64,000 nt of DNA from an uncultured Pseudanabaenaceae cyanobacterium. Its GTDB lineage: Bacteria > Cyanobacteriota > Cyanobacteriia > PCC-9006 > JAAUQQ01. The translations under genes and the position numbers were made by a program. Positions 30,835 through 39,885 of the stretch are shown piece by piece (positions within the stretch are counted from its first letter, which is position 1; the number at the start of each line of letters is the position of its first letter). The notes under the pieces are model-generated. The model saw only the letters and a list, made by a program, of their open reading frames with translations. It was not told the DNA's origin and searched no databases. The DNA lies in assembly GCA_938002085.1 (NCBI GenBank), contig CALLAT010000009.1, forward strand, positions 75,450 to 139,449, read 5' to 3'.

Positions 30835-31812
30835 TCACTCTTTTGCAGCCTTGAGTTGTTCCATATCGTAGTCCACCATCAGCTCAACTAGTTGTTGGAA
30901 ACTATACTTTGGTTCCCAGCCCATGTCCGTTTTAATCTGAGTCACATCTCCCACGAGCTCAACGGCCTCATTGGGGCGATAAAACTCTGGTGCGACGCTC
31001 ACGTACTTTTCCCAGTCCAAATCTAAGTAGCGAAACGCAAACTCAACCAGCTCCCGAACAGCATAGGTTTGACCACTGGCAATGACGTAGTCCCCAGGGG
31101 TCTCCTGTTGCAGCATCATCCACATGGCTGAGACAACATCTTCCGCATGGCACCAGTCCCGCTTGGCTTCTAAGTTGCCCAAGCGCAGCTCTGAAGCCAA
31201 CCCCAGCTTGATCTGTGCTGCAGTGCGGGTAATCTTGCGAAACACGAATTCCGCACCTCGACGAGGAGACTCGTGGGTGTAGGTAATGCCGCAGCAGGCG
31301 TACAGACCATACTTTTCACGATAGTTGGTCGTCATCCAGTGGGCATAGGCTTTGGCTGTCCCATAGGGATTACGGGGACGGAAGGCAGTCTTCTCTGACT
31401 GGGGAGACTCATCGGGTTGACCAAACACCTCACTACTGGAGGCCTGATAAAAACGGGCTTTAGGCTGGCAGCGTCGAATGGCTTCCAGTAAACGGGATAC
31501 CCCTAAAGCTGTATATTCTGCCGTCAAGGCAGGTTGTGTCCAGGACAGAGGCACGTAGCTTTGAGAAGCGAGGTTGTAGATCTCATCGGGCTGAGTCTCG
31601 GCAATCACATCCATTAAGGAACATTGGTCGAGCAGGTCGCCAGGCACGACATGGACCCGATCCGCAAAATGAGCAATCCGACTCAGGCTTGAGGTACTTG
31701 ACCGCCTCACCAATCCGTAGACTTCGTAGCCTTTCTCAAGCAAGAGCTCGGCCAAATAAGAGCCGTCTTGGCCTGTCAGTCCTGTAATTAAGGCTCGTTT
31801 GGTCACTGACAT
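30835..31812 (-). CDS. gmd: GDP-mannose 4,6-dehydratase
   Basis: KRALITGLTGQDGSYLAELLLEKGYEVYGLVRRSS... with short-chain dehydrogenase YxxxK (YGTAKAYAHW). Strong match to Gmd family by eye. Start at the second ATG (MSVTK). Confidence 0.9.
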   Translation of the reverse strand: MSVTKRALITGLTGQDGSYLAELLLEKGYEVYGLVRRSSTSSLSRIAHFADRVHVVPGDLLDQCSLMDVIAETQPDEIYNLASQSYVPLSWTQPALTAEYTALGVSRLLEAIRRCQPKARFYQASSSEVFGQPDESPQSEKTAFRPRNPYGTAKAYAHWMTTNYREKYGLYACCGITYTHESPRRGAEFVFRKITRTAAQIKLGLASELRLGNLEAKRDWCHAEDVVSAMWMMLQQETPGDYVIASGQTYAVRELVEFAFRYLDLDWEKYVSVAPEFYRPNEAVELVGDVTQIKTDMGWEPKYSFQQLVELMVDYDMEQLKAAKE

Positions 31813-32048
31813 TGGAATAAGTACTAAAGTATTGGTGAGAGAAAGCAAAAGACAACTGCATTTTGCCTGCGGTCAAGGCTTCCCCTGACAACTCAGGATC
31901 AGATTATATGGCTTCAATGTCCAATGATTTAAGTCATTTCAACCTGGATCAATCTTCCTAAATTGTATGCCGTTTCCTTTCAGTGCCTCTGACTCAAACA
32001 TTATGCTTTCCTAGGGGCATGTGGAGGTTGGACGGCAATCGGTTTTCC

Positions 32049-33218
32049 CTAGGGGTCAATGGTGTCCAAGTACTTTTGTTCAATGCTTGCCCAGGTGTAG
32101 TTGGCTTCAACATACTGTTGACCTTGAGCGCCCAGTTGATTTCGAACTTGCGAAGATACCAGTTTCAATATTGCTGCAAGCTCCTCTTTCTCTGAAAACC
32201 ACAGCCCTCCATGGGAGCGATCGCATTGCCCCACTAAGACCGCACAATCCCGATTCACCAACACTGGCTTTTGCAGAGACCAAGCCTCTAAAAGAACAAT
32301 CGAGAGACTCTCGTGGGGAGAAGGCATGACCAACCAGTCACATGCAGCCATGGCATCCCACTTCGTCTGCTCTTCGACATAGCCCAAAGCGATAATGTCT
32401 GGATGGGCTGGAATCTCCATCATCGCCTTGCCCAAAACCACTAGCTTCATCGAAATAGATTGGCTCTCGCGCAGCGCCAAGAAATCTTCAAAAAGTTTGG
32501 AGCAGCCTTTAGATGGATCGACACGGCCGACATAAAGCAAGAACGGACCGTAAATTCCATGGTTCCGGCGAAACGCTTCAGGATGAACGGCGCCAGGAGG
32601 ATTGACAGCCATGCCACAAACGGGGCCATCAAAATCAACGTCTTCGAATTTATTCTGCAAAAATAGCTGCTCTTCTACAGCACTAAAAATGAATCCCTTA
32701 GGCAGCTTAAAAAACTCTTTCCAAATACCGAGATAGATGGGCCATTCATCGTGAGCGAAGGGCACTAAATAACTCTTATGTGCAACCAGCGGCAAGGTGA
32801 AGTAAGTCGTCGCATATAAGTAATTGAAGAAAATAAAAACATCGTACTCGTCTTGATGATTGAGTACATAGTCTTGAAGTCCAGGAGAAATTGGCCCTTG
32901 AGCCTTCATCCATTCTTCTTGGCGAGTAATCGTAGACGTCTCAATGTTTTGTGATACCTCATCGCAAAACAGATTAAACGAAGCAGTTTCCCTTGGCATC
33001 GGAACCGTAAACCGCCGTACCGTCACACCTGAAATCTTTGATTTACCGGGCTTATAGTGATCGGCCCACTCGGAATAATCTAAAGCACAGGTCGTTAAAA
33101 CATCTATATCCCAACAAGAGGCTGCCATATGCTCAGCCACAGCACGGCATAACACTTCAGCCCCGCCATTCACCTCAACGCCATAGCGTTGAATTACAAA
33201 CGCGACTTTTAACTTCAC
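32049..33218 (-). CDS. GT4 glycosyltransferase
   Basis: 389 aa. GGAEV N-terminal motif. C-terminal DWLVMPSPHESLSIVLLEAW region. Confidence 0.8.
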   Translation of the reverse strand: MKLKVAFVIQRYGVEVNGGAEVLCRAVAEHMAASCWDIDVLTTCALDYSEWADHYKPGKSKISGVTVRRFTVPMPRETASFNLFCDEVSQNIETSTITRQEEWMKAQGPISPGLQDYVLNHQDEYDVFIFFNYLYATTYFTLPLVAHKSYLVPFAHDEWPIYLGIWKEFFKLPKGFIFSAVEEQLFLQNKFEDVDFDGPVCGMAVNPPGAVHPEAFRRNHGIYGPFLLYVGRVDPSKGCSKLFEDFLALRESQSISMKLVVLGKAMMEIPAHPDIIALGYVEEQTKWDAMAACDWLVMPSPHESLSIVLLEAWSLQKPVLVNRDCAVLVGQCDRSHGGLWFSEKEELAAILKLVSSQVRNQLGAQGQQYVEANYTWASIEQKYLDTIDP

Positions 33219-34216
33219 TCAATTTCACCTTCAGGACAGCTTCGATATAGGAAAGCAGGTTTCTTTTGCCCGCCTGGGGAAACATTAACTGCTTTCACAA
33301 AAATATATTGTCCAAGATCCTGCTCTCGATGCTTCAATAATTCAGAGTAAATAGGTAGATTTACATCTGCATCGACAGCATTAGCATGAACATCTGCTGT
33401 AAACATTGCCGAAATCTCAAACCCTAAATAAGTTAGTAAAAGGTGAAGCTCGTGCTTGTTGTACTCGCGATTATGCCGACCATAGGGGCCATATCCAGAA
33501 TACGGATCATAGATATTTGTGCCTGATACCATACGCGAAACATTCTCTAGCCGACTCACGTTGGGTGTCGTGAGAATTAGAGTCCCTCCTGGCTTGAGAA
33601 CTCTTTTAATTTTCCGAATGACAGCAGCAGGATCCATCAACAGATGTTCGATGATTTCGCAGCATAATACGAGGTCAAACTGTTCAGATTCGAACGGGAA
33701 AGGCTCTTCTTCAATATTAAAATGGTGAGATGTCAATTCGAGCCGTTGAGGTTCTCCTGCCTCTACAAATGTGACTGCTTGCTTGATCAGTGATTCACAA
33801 TGAGGACCGAAGTAGTTCCCAAATTCTAGATCGAGGTCTGTAAAGCGTTTCAGCAGCATCGTCGTGAAATAAGGGTTCGCACCGAGTTCCAATGCTGTCC
33901 CATTGATGCCTTGAGCCAATCCCCAAGTATAGACAAAACGCCTGAAGTCTTGGCGACAGTAACCTGCCATTTCTTCTTTTGGAGCATCCTCTGGACAAAC
34001 GGACTCCAAAAAACTGAAGAGTTCTTCCTCTGTTAAATTCCCAGGTAGAGGTAAGCCAGGACGTAATGGGAAAAGAGCGTCAGCATTCAGCTTCTCTGGA
34101 CTATTAGAGTTAGCACTGCTTGAATCCTCAAGCGGCTTCTGTTCGGCTGAAAGTGTTGTGTTTAACTTTCGAACTGCTCTTTGGAAATAATTCATGATGT
34201 CCCACTGATAAAGCAA
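33215..34216 (-). CDS. Class I SAM-dependent methyltransferase
   Basis: 333 aa. LELGANPY motif I-like, FDLVLCCEIIEHL, LKPGGTLILTTPN. Confidence 0.7.
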   Translation of the reverse strand: MLYQWDIMNYFQRAVRKLNTTLSAEQKPLEDSSSANSNSPEKLNADALFPLRPGLPLPGNLTEEELFSFLESVCPEDAPKEEMAGYCRQDFRRFVYTWGLAQGINGTALELGANPYFTTMLLKRFTDLDLEFGNYFGPHCESLIKQAVTFVEAGEPQRLELTSHHFNIEEEPFPFESEQFDLVLCCEIIEHLLMDPAAVIRKIKRVLKPGGTLILTTPNVSRLENVSRMVSGTNIYDPYSGYGPYGRHNREYNKHELHLLLTYLGFEISAMFTADVHANAVDADVNLPIYSELLKHREQDLGQYIFVKAVNVSPGGQKKPAFLYRSCPEGEIE

Positions 34217-34234
34217 TCAAATCCGATTGTTTAC

Positions 34235-36676
34235 TCAAGTTGTGATGCGCTCTACTAGCTCATCAAGTTTATACCGAACCTGCGCGAGAAGAAATCTTTC
34301 ACGCTGGTCATGCTGAGCTTCAATGACTTGCGATCGCAACTTATTATCCTTGACCATCAAGTGTGCAAGGGCTGCAACGCTAAGCAAATCCTGTTTATGC
34401 TCAAACAAGACCCCCCCATGGCCCAGGGTTTCAGGGACCGCACTGCTCTTATAGGCTAAGACGGGAATATCGAACCACATAGACTCCACTAAGGGGACTC
34501 CAAATCCTTCATGCTCACTCATCGACCAAAATAAGTGAGCTGTTCGATAGCAGGCTAAAAGCTCGGCTTCTTCTACATGTCCTGTAAATAGAACATTGGG
34601 GCGAATGCCCAGCTCAATCATCCATTCAAACAATTCATCGTAAAAAGGATCCTCCTCTCTATATCTACCTACGAGTACGAGGCGAGCTTCGGGATCGAAC
34701 TTAAGATATAAAGCAAATGCTTTGAGGAGATCATCCTGGCATTTGTTCGGTGCAACCCTGCCAACGAACAGAATATTGCTTCTACCGTCTTGAAGTTTTT
34801 CCATCCAAGCCGGATCTGGCTTCATATCCCATTTCCGGGGATTGACAATGATAGGTAAAACATCAGAGCCTAAGAAACCTGACTCAATCAACTCGTCAGA
34901 ATTGTATTGAGAATCGCCTACCGTGATAGAAAAATGGCTAGAGAGTTGAGCTAAATCACGACGCCCTTCCTCTAAAATTAATGCAAAGTTAGGATCATAC
35001 TTCTCAAAGAAATGAGCCGGTGTGATGTTGTGATAGATTAAGCACTTTTTGGATGGATGGCTCACTGCATAAGCTGTTAAATCTGAACCAATTGAATGGT
35101 GATATATCAGACAGGCATTCTTTGAAAAAGATTCAGCAGAAAAGACGTGAGCCTCATGGGTCAACCGTTCATCTAAAAATAAGACATAAATGTCAGAGTG
35201 GTAGCCTCGTTGACGTAAATAATCCCGAATGGCTAATGCTTGATTTGAGATAGCATCTCCATAAGCAAAGCCAGGCAGGAGTTGGTGGATCTCAACCTTC
35301 TTGGATCGCTTTGCCGAGGATTCTGGCTGCGGCCCCTGTGCCAGCATTGCTTGTACTCTTTGAAGAATAGAGCCCCTGACTATTCCTGACGAAGCTTTGC
35401 CTGTTAACGGCTTGTGTTGAGATAACCCTTCTGAAGCCCCACTTTCAGACTCTGCCGGTGATATACCCAGGGCTTTTTCATAACGTCCCAGAACCTTTTC
35501 CCAGTCTGCATTCTCCGCTGCATACTCTTGGCCTCGACGGCCATAGGCGACGCATTCTGCTTCTGCCACATGATCGATGTGCTCAAACTGCTCCGCCCAC
35601 TCTGCTTCCGTTCCAGCCAGCCAGCCTCCTTGAGAGTTCTTGACTGCTAAAGCTGTGGCCAGACAATCCCGATGGACAACGACTGGACGCTGGTAGAACC
35701 AAGCTTCCATCATGACGCGAGAGTAGCTTTCATTTTTGCTCGGCTGAAATAAGGCTAAGCAGCGAGATAGAAGAGCTTCTTTCTCTGACTCACTAACGAG
35801 CTCTAAATCAATAATGTCTGGGGTATTCCCTTCTATCTGAGGGAGTACTCCAGGTCCTGCTAGAACAAGCTTCAAATCAGACTCTGGATGCGCTCTCCTA
35901 TATTCAGAGAAGGCACGCATCAGCAAATCGGTGTTTTTAGTACTGTCTCGTCGTCCTAAGCAAAGAATGAAACGCGATGTTGTGGTCTCGAAGCCCTTTA
36001 CTTCTGCTAAATTCGAGTCAAAGTGCAGCCCAGCTTCTATTCCTGCTCCAGTGGTGAAGCTCTTTAAAGTAATACCTGGTCCATACAGTTGTCTTGCAAG
36101 TTGTGCTTCACCGTCACTAATAAATAGTAATCCTTTCGCAGCATGGAAAATGTCAGAGACATGGGGCAAATAGGCGTAGGACTCGTCATGCAAGCAAGGC
36201 TGTAAAAAAGCACGTTGCTTGACTAAAGAAAGTCCTTGAAGAATCGGGCCATATAAGTAGGGTAAAAATAAGAATGCATCATAGGCTTCTGAATTCTTTT
36301 TTAGGTACTTAAGAAGTTTTGGAGAATTGATGTTCTCAGATACAAAATAATTTGAAAACTCAGGAGATACAGGAGAGACACCCGGCTTTAAGTCAGCCTT
36401 AGGGGTTTGCATTAATTGAGCATTAGCAGCATTAAACTGTGAGTCATTTCGAGCCATCACAGCAAATCGGCGAACCTTTAGATGCCCCTGCTGACTGACG
36501 CCAGGCTTGACATGATTTTGCGACCAATCCTTTTGGAAGGTTTCGCAGCAAGTCGTTAAGACTTCTACCTCATGCCCTCTCGCTGCTAAACGGTTAGAGA
36601 CTTGCCAGCCATGTTGCTCTGCACCTCCTTTCAAAGATTCACCAAACCAAGGAATAACGATCGCAATTCTACTCAT
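34235..36676 (-). CDS. Tandem two-module GT4 glycosyltransferase (WbdA-like serotype-specific polymerising mannosyl/glycosyltransferase architecture)
   Basis: 813 aa with two successive GT-B units. GGAE N-terminal motif, a mid-protein EAWFYQRPVVV motif, and a second unit ending MSEHEGFGVPLVESMWFDIPVLAYKS. Confidence 0.8.
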   Translation of the reverse strand: MSRIAIVIPWFGESLKGGAEQHGWQVSNRLAARGHEVEVLTTCCETFQKDWSQNHVKPGVSQQGHLKVRRFAVMARNDSQFNAANAQLMQTPKADLKPGVSPVSPEFSNYFVSENINSPKLLKYLKKNSEAYDAFLFLPYLYGPILQGLSLVKQRAFLQPCLHDESYAYLPHVSDIFHAAKGLLFISDGEAQLARQLYGPGITLKSFTTGAGIEAGLHFDSNLAEVKGFETTTSRFILCLGRRDSTKNTDLLMRAFSEYRRAHPESDLKLVLAGPGVLPQIEGNTPDIIDLELVSESEKEALLSRCLALFQPSKNESYSRVMMEAWFYQRPVVVHRDCLATALAVKNSQGGWLAGTEAEWAEQFEHIDHVAEAECVAYGRRGQEYAAENADWEKVLGRYEKALGISPAESESGASEGLSQHKPLTGKASSGIVRGSILQRVQAMLAQGPQPESSAKRSKKVEIHQLLPGFAYGDAISNQALAIRDYLRQRGYHSDIYVLFLDERLTHEAHVFSAESFSKNACLIYHHSIGSDLTAYAVSHPSKKCLIYHNITPAHFFEKYDPNFALILEEGRRDLAQLSSHFSITVGDSQYNSDELIESGFLGSDVLPIIVNPRKWDMKPDPAWMEKLQDGRSNILFVGRVAPNKCQDDLLKAFALYLKFDPEARLVLVGRYREEDPFYDELFEWMIELGIRPNVLFTGHVEEAELLACYRTAHLFWSMSEHEGFGVPLVESMWFDIPVLAYKSSAVPETLGHGGVLFEHKQDLLSVAALAHLMVKDNKLRSQVIEAQHDQRERFLLAQVRYKLDELVERITT

Positions 36677-38406
36677 GCCTTATACCCCACTACTGCATAG
36701 TCTTGTGGGCCGTAAAGTAATTCTCCTAGGCGTTGATCTAATTCATTCTCTTCCCTTAACCAAGTGGGCTTCGGAGATTGATTTAAATTCAATATTTGAA
36801 CATTGACGAATCCTCGTGACTCCAGCAGAAATGCCATCATCGGGCTGGGTAGAGGATTCCGGTGGGTCGGATCTAGATAAAATGAACAACTTCCCACGAG
36901 CAAGTTTGCTGGGTTAGGTGTCTCAAAAATAGTTATTCCCCCTGGCTTTAATGCCTTCAGCGAATAATCGAGACACTTAATCAATGCTGGGAATGGAAGG
37001 TGCTCAACCAAATGAAACCCCATGATGCCTCCTAGAGTAGATTCTTCTACAGAAGATAGATAATCAATGGCATCTGATTCAATGACAGTTAATGAACGGG
37101 CTCTACATTGGGCTAAGAAGGCATGATTAATATCCACACCAGTGACAGATTTGTAATTGTGCTGGCTTAAAAGTTCTAGCCATTCTCCTCTTCCACATCC
37201 TAGGTCTATAACGGTATCTTGCTCTGTAGATAAATTAGATTGTTCAAGAATGGGCAAATAAACTTTTAGACGCTCTAGAACGTCCTCGCGTTTTCCTCGA
37301 AACTTTTCTTCAAAAGCAGAATAGAAAGCATCTAAGTGATGCTCTGCTACATGTTCTACTTCCTCTAGAACTTCCGAATCTTTTCGAGAAGAAGGGGAAA
37401 CCAACTGCTTTAGTAAAATCGTTAACTGCTGTTGCTGATGAGCCAAGGATTGCTTGCAGTAGCTGAGATCTTGAATATGCCGCTCTGACGTTGTAGTGAG
37501 CAGGTGACTCGCTTCATTCTGACTGTTTCTTAAGCCCTGAAATATCTGTTCTCGAGTACTGCTTGTTTCAGAGAGTTCAAACAATTTGGCTTCTAAAACT
37601 TCTATTCGCGTTAAACCCGCCTGTTCAGCCTCCAAAGCAAGATGTAGCCGTTGGCCAATCGCCAGGAGATGCTGCTCGACTTGAGCTAGCTTACTTTCCC
37701 CAGCCTCTACTCTGGCTAGTGATGTTTGCTCACCTTCCAAAGACAGATTTAGCCGTTGACCAATTGCTAAAAGGTTCTCTTCTACGCCTACCGTTCGTTG
37801 TATAAGAGCATTGAGTGAGCTTTCAATAGCTTGTTCCTTTTCGCTCAAGGCTTTTTGTTTTGCATCAATGGCTTGTTCTTTTTTGTCTAAAGCTTGCTTG
37901 TATGAATTCGAAGCTCGCTGGGTCTCTGATATGTGACTTTCGAGTTGCCAAAGGCGCTCTTCTATTTCTTTAAGTTGCAGCGATGCTGTCTCAAACTGAA
38001 GCGATTGTTCATCTAGCTCATTGCCTAAACCAACCTTTTCAAGTTGATCATCCTTGAGTAGTCTAAGCAGCTCCTTTAAGGCAATGACAAAGTCTGAATT
38101 TATAACGGTTTGCTTCTTGAAGAGAAACCGAAAACATCGTATTACAAAATCTTGGAGCTTCAGGCTTAGAGAGAAGGGAAAGCGAGAAAACTTTGCTGGC
38201 CATTGCAGAGAGGCCTGGGACTGAAACCTAGCATCATCTACGACGGCTTCAATGCGTTCTAGCCTGTCTAAGTGTTTTCTATATTCCCGTTTCGATTTCT
38301 CGACTGCTGGCACTTGCTCCTGAAGTTTGTTGCAACGCTCAACTTCGAGACGGACCTGTTCCATCAGCTCGTGAACGTCAATTTTAGGATTATTAGAATC
38401 AATCAC
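36673..38406 (-). CDS. Coiled-coil / SAM-methyltransferase fusion protein (WbdD-like chain-terminating methyltransferase candidate, inverted domain order)
   Basis: 577 aa. N-terminal ~350 aa predicted coiled coil with heptad-like repeats LEGEQTSLARVEAGESKLAQVEQHLLAIGQRLHLALEAEQAGLTRIEVLEAKL. C-terminal MT domain with VIDLGCGRGEWLELL, GFHLVEHL, LKPGGITIFETPN. Confidence 0.7.
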   Translation of the reverse strand: MIDSNNPKIDVHELMEQVRLEVERCNKLQEQVPAVEKSKREYRKHLDRLERIEAVVDDARFQSQASLQWPAKFSRFPFSLSLKLQDFVIRCFRFLFKKQTVINSDFVIALKELLRLLKDDQLEKVGLGNELDEQSLQFETASLQLKEIEERLWQLESHISETQRASNSYKQALDKKEQAIDAKQKALSEKEQAIESSLNALIQRTVGVEENLLAIGQRLNLSLEGEQTSLARVEAGESKLAQVEQHLLAIGQRLHLALEAEQAGLTRIEVLEAKLFELSETSSTREQIFQGLRNSQNEASHLLTTTSERHIQDLSYCKQSLAHQQQQLTILLKQLVSPSSRKDSEVLEEVEHVAEHHLDAFYSAFEEKFRGKREDVLERLKVYLPILEQSNLSTEQDTVIDLGCGRGEWLELLSQHNYKSVTGVDINHAFLAQCRARSLTVIESDAIDYLSSVEESTLGGIMGFHLVEHLPFPALIKCLDYSLKALKPGGITIFETPNPANLLVGSCSFYLDPTHRNPLPSPMMAFLLESRGFVNVQILNLNQSPKPTWLREENELDQRLGELLYGPQDYAVVGYKA

Positions 38407-38461
38407 CTGAAATCTAAACCTTGAGTCTACAAAATTAACAACTTTAGAACCGATGAAGCCG

Positions 38462-39847
38462 TCACAATATTCGAGCTTTTCGCTTCTCTACTTGAAATAG
38501 CCCATGAACAAACTCCGGAGCGACTGCTTGAATAGAGACTGCATTTTGAATCCAGTCCAGCATTTCTAGGTTCTCGTGAGAGCCATCTCCAAATGCAATA
38601 TCTAAAGCATAGGTGCCTGTCGCAAGATAAGGCCACGAAAATTCAAGTTCGATCTTGGATGTTCCTGTCGGAGAAACCTCAACCCATTGCTGGGAAAAGT
38701 GGTGATCGAGTAGATCGGTACTCCAACCAGACAATACGGTTCTGAGGCGGTCTAAGAGAGCGATACCCACATGGGGATGTTTGATCGCGCTATGGCGGGT
38801 GACCGTTACCTCCACAATGACCACTTTCCCTGGCTCTGCAAAGGGTAAAGGGACCCGATCTGAGTCCAAAACTCTGACAGATAGTACTTCTCCTCGACCC
38901 GATCCAAAACGCTCGCATTCTTTAAGAGCTTGAAATTCTGCGTTGGTAAATAGGTTGATGCCGCTGCGTGTTAATGCATCAACTTCTATGTCTCCTTTCT
39001 GTGTGACTTCCACAGGTGGGGGAGGAGTTTCTACTTCGGAGGAGGGGACTTCACTCGGTAAAACATTATTTTCGATTTCTTCCGGTTGCGACTGATATTG
39101 CTGATTAACTCTTTGATATACCCAGGCTTGGTAATGCTTACAGATATCTGCAGGCAAACCCTGTTCAACAATCTTGCCTCCATTAATCCAAATAGCCTTG
39201 GAACAGAGTCGAGAGACTGAACCCACATCATGGGACACAAACAGGATTGTCCCCCCTGCGGCTTGGAAGTCTTTGATTTTGGCCATGCAACGGTGGACAA
39301 AAATTCCATCTCCGACAGCCAGAGCCTCATCCACAATTAAAATTTCAGGCTCAACATTGATGGCTACGGCAAAGGCAAGGCGGACAAACATACCGCTGGA
39401 ATATGTTTTGACCGGCTCATCCATAAAGTCCCCAATCTCAGCAAATGCTGCAATACGCTCAAATTTTTGAGCAATATCCTCCCGCGCGAGGCCCAGAATC
39501 TGGCCATTAAAGAAGACATTTTGGCGGCCCGTAAACTCAGGGTTAAAGCCACTACCGAGTTCGAGCAATGCCGCAACACGACCTGATGTTTTGACCTGAC
39601 CTTGGGTGGGGGTTAGGGTTCCTGCAATGATTTGCAGGAGTGTGCTTTTACCTGAGCCATTTTGGCCAATGATTCCTAAGGTTTCTCCCCGAGCAACGCT
39701 CAAGTTGATGTCGCGAAGCGCCCAAAACTCTTCCGCTCGATTTTTGCCGGGTAATAGAATCTCCTTTAAACGGTCTGTGGGATGGGAATAGCGCTTATAT
39801 CCCTTAGACACATCAGAGACTTCAATCGCATAGGTTTGTTCAGACAT
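38462..39847 (-). CDS. wzt: O-antigen/polysaccharide ABC transporter ATP-binding protein Wzt with C-terminal carbohydrate-binding extension
   Basis: 461 aa. NBD with GQNGSGKSTLL, LSGGM-like signature SSGMFVRLAFAVA, Walker B ILIVDEALAVGD. An extra ~190-aa C-terminal beta-rich domain follows, as in Wzt of E. coli O8/O9a. Confidence 0.85.
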   Translation of the reverse strand: MSEQTYAIEVSDVSKGYKRYSHPTDRLKEILLPGKNRAEEFWALRDINLSVARGETLGIIGQNGSGKSTLLQIIAGTLTPTQGQVKTSGRVAALLELGSGFNPEFTGRQNVFFNGQILGLAREDIAQKFERIAAFAEIGDFMDEPVKTYSSGMFVRLAFAVAINVEPEILIVDEALAVGDGIFVHRCMAKIKDFQAAGGTILFVSHDVGSVSRLCSKAIWINGGKIVEQGLPADICKHYQAWVYQRVNQQYQSQPEEIENNVLPSEVPSSEVETPPPPVEVTQKGDIEVDALTRSGINLFTNAEFQALKECERFGSGRGEVLSVRVLDSDRVPLPFAEPGKVVIVEVTVTRHSAIKHPHVGIALLDRLRTVLSGWSTDLLDHHFSQQWVEVSPTGTSKIELEFSWPYLATGTYALDIAFGDGSHENLEMLDWIQNAVSIQAVAPEFVHGLFQVEKRKARIL

Positions 39848-39885
39848 GACGATATCGCTTTACGGTTGATGGCTAAACAAACAAG

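Noticed and set aside
38427-38636. 69-aa ORF overlapping the wzt 3' end
   Set aside because: Overlaps wzt in another frame. No support.
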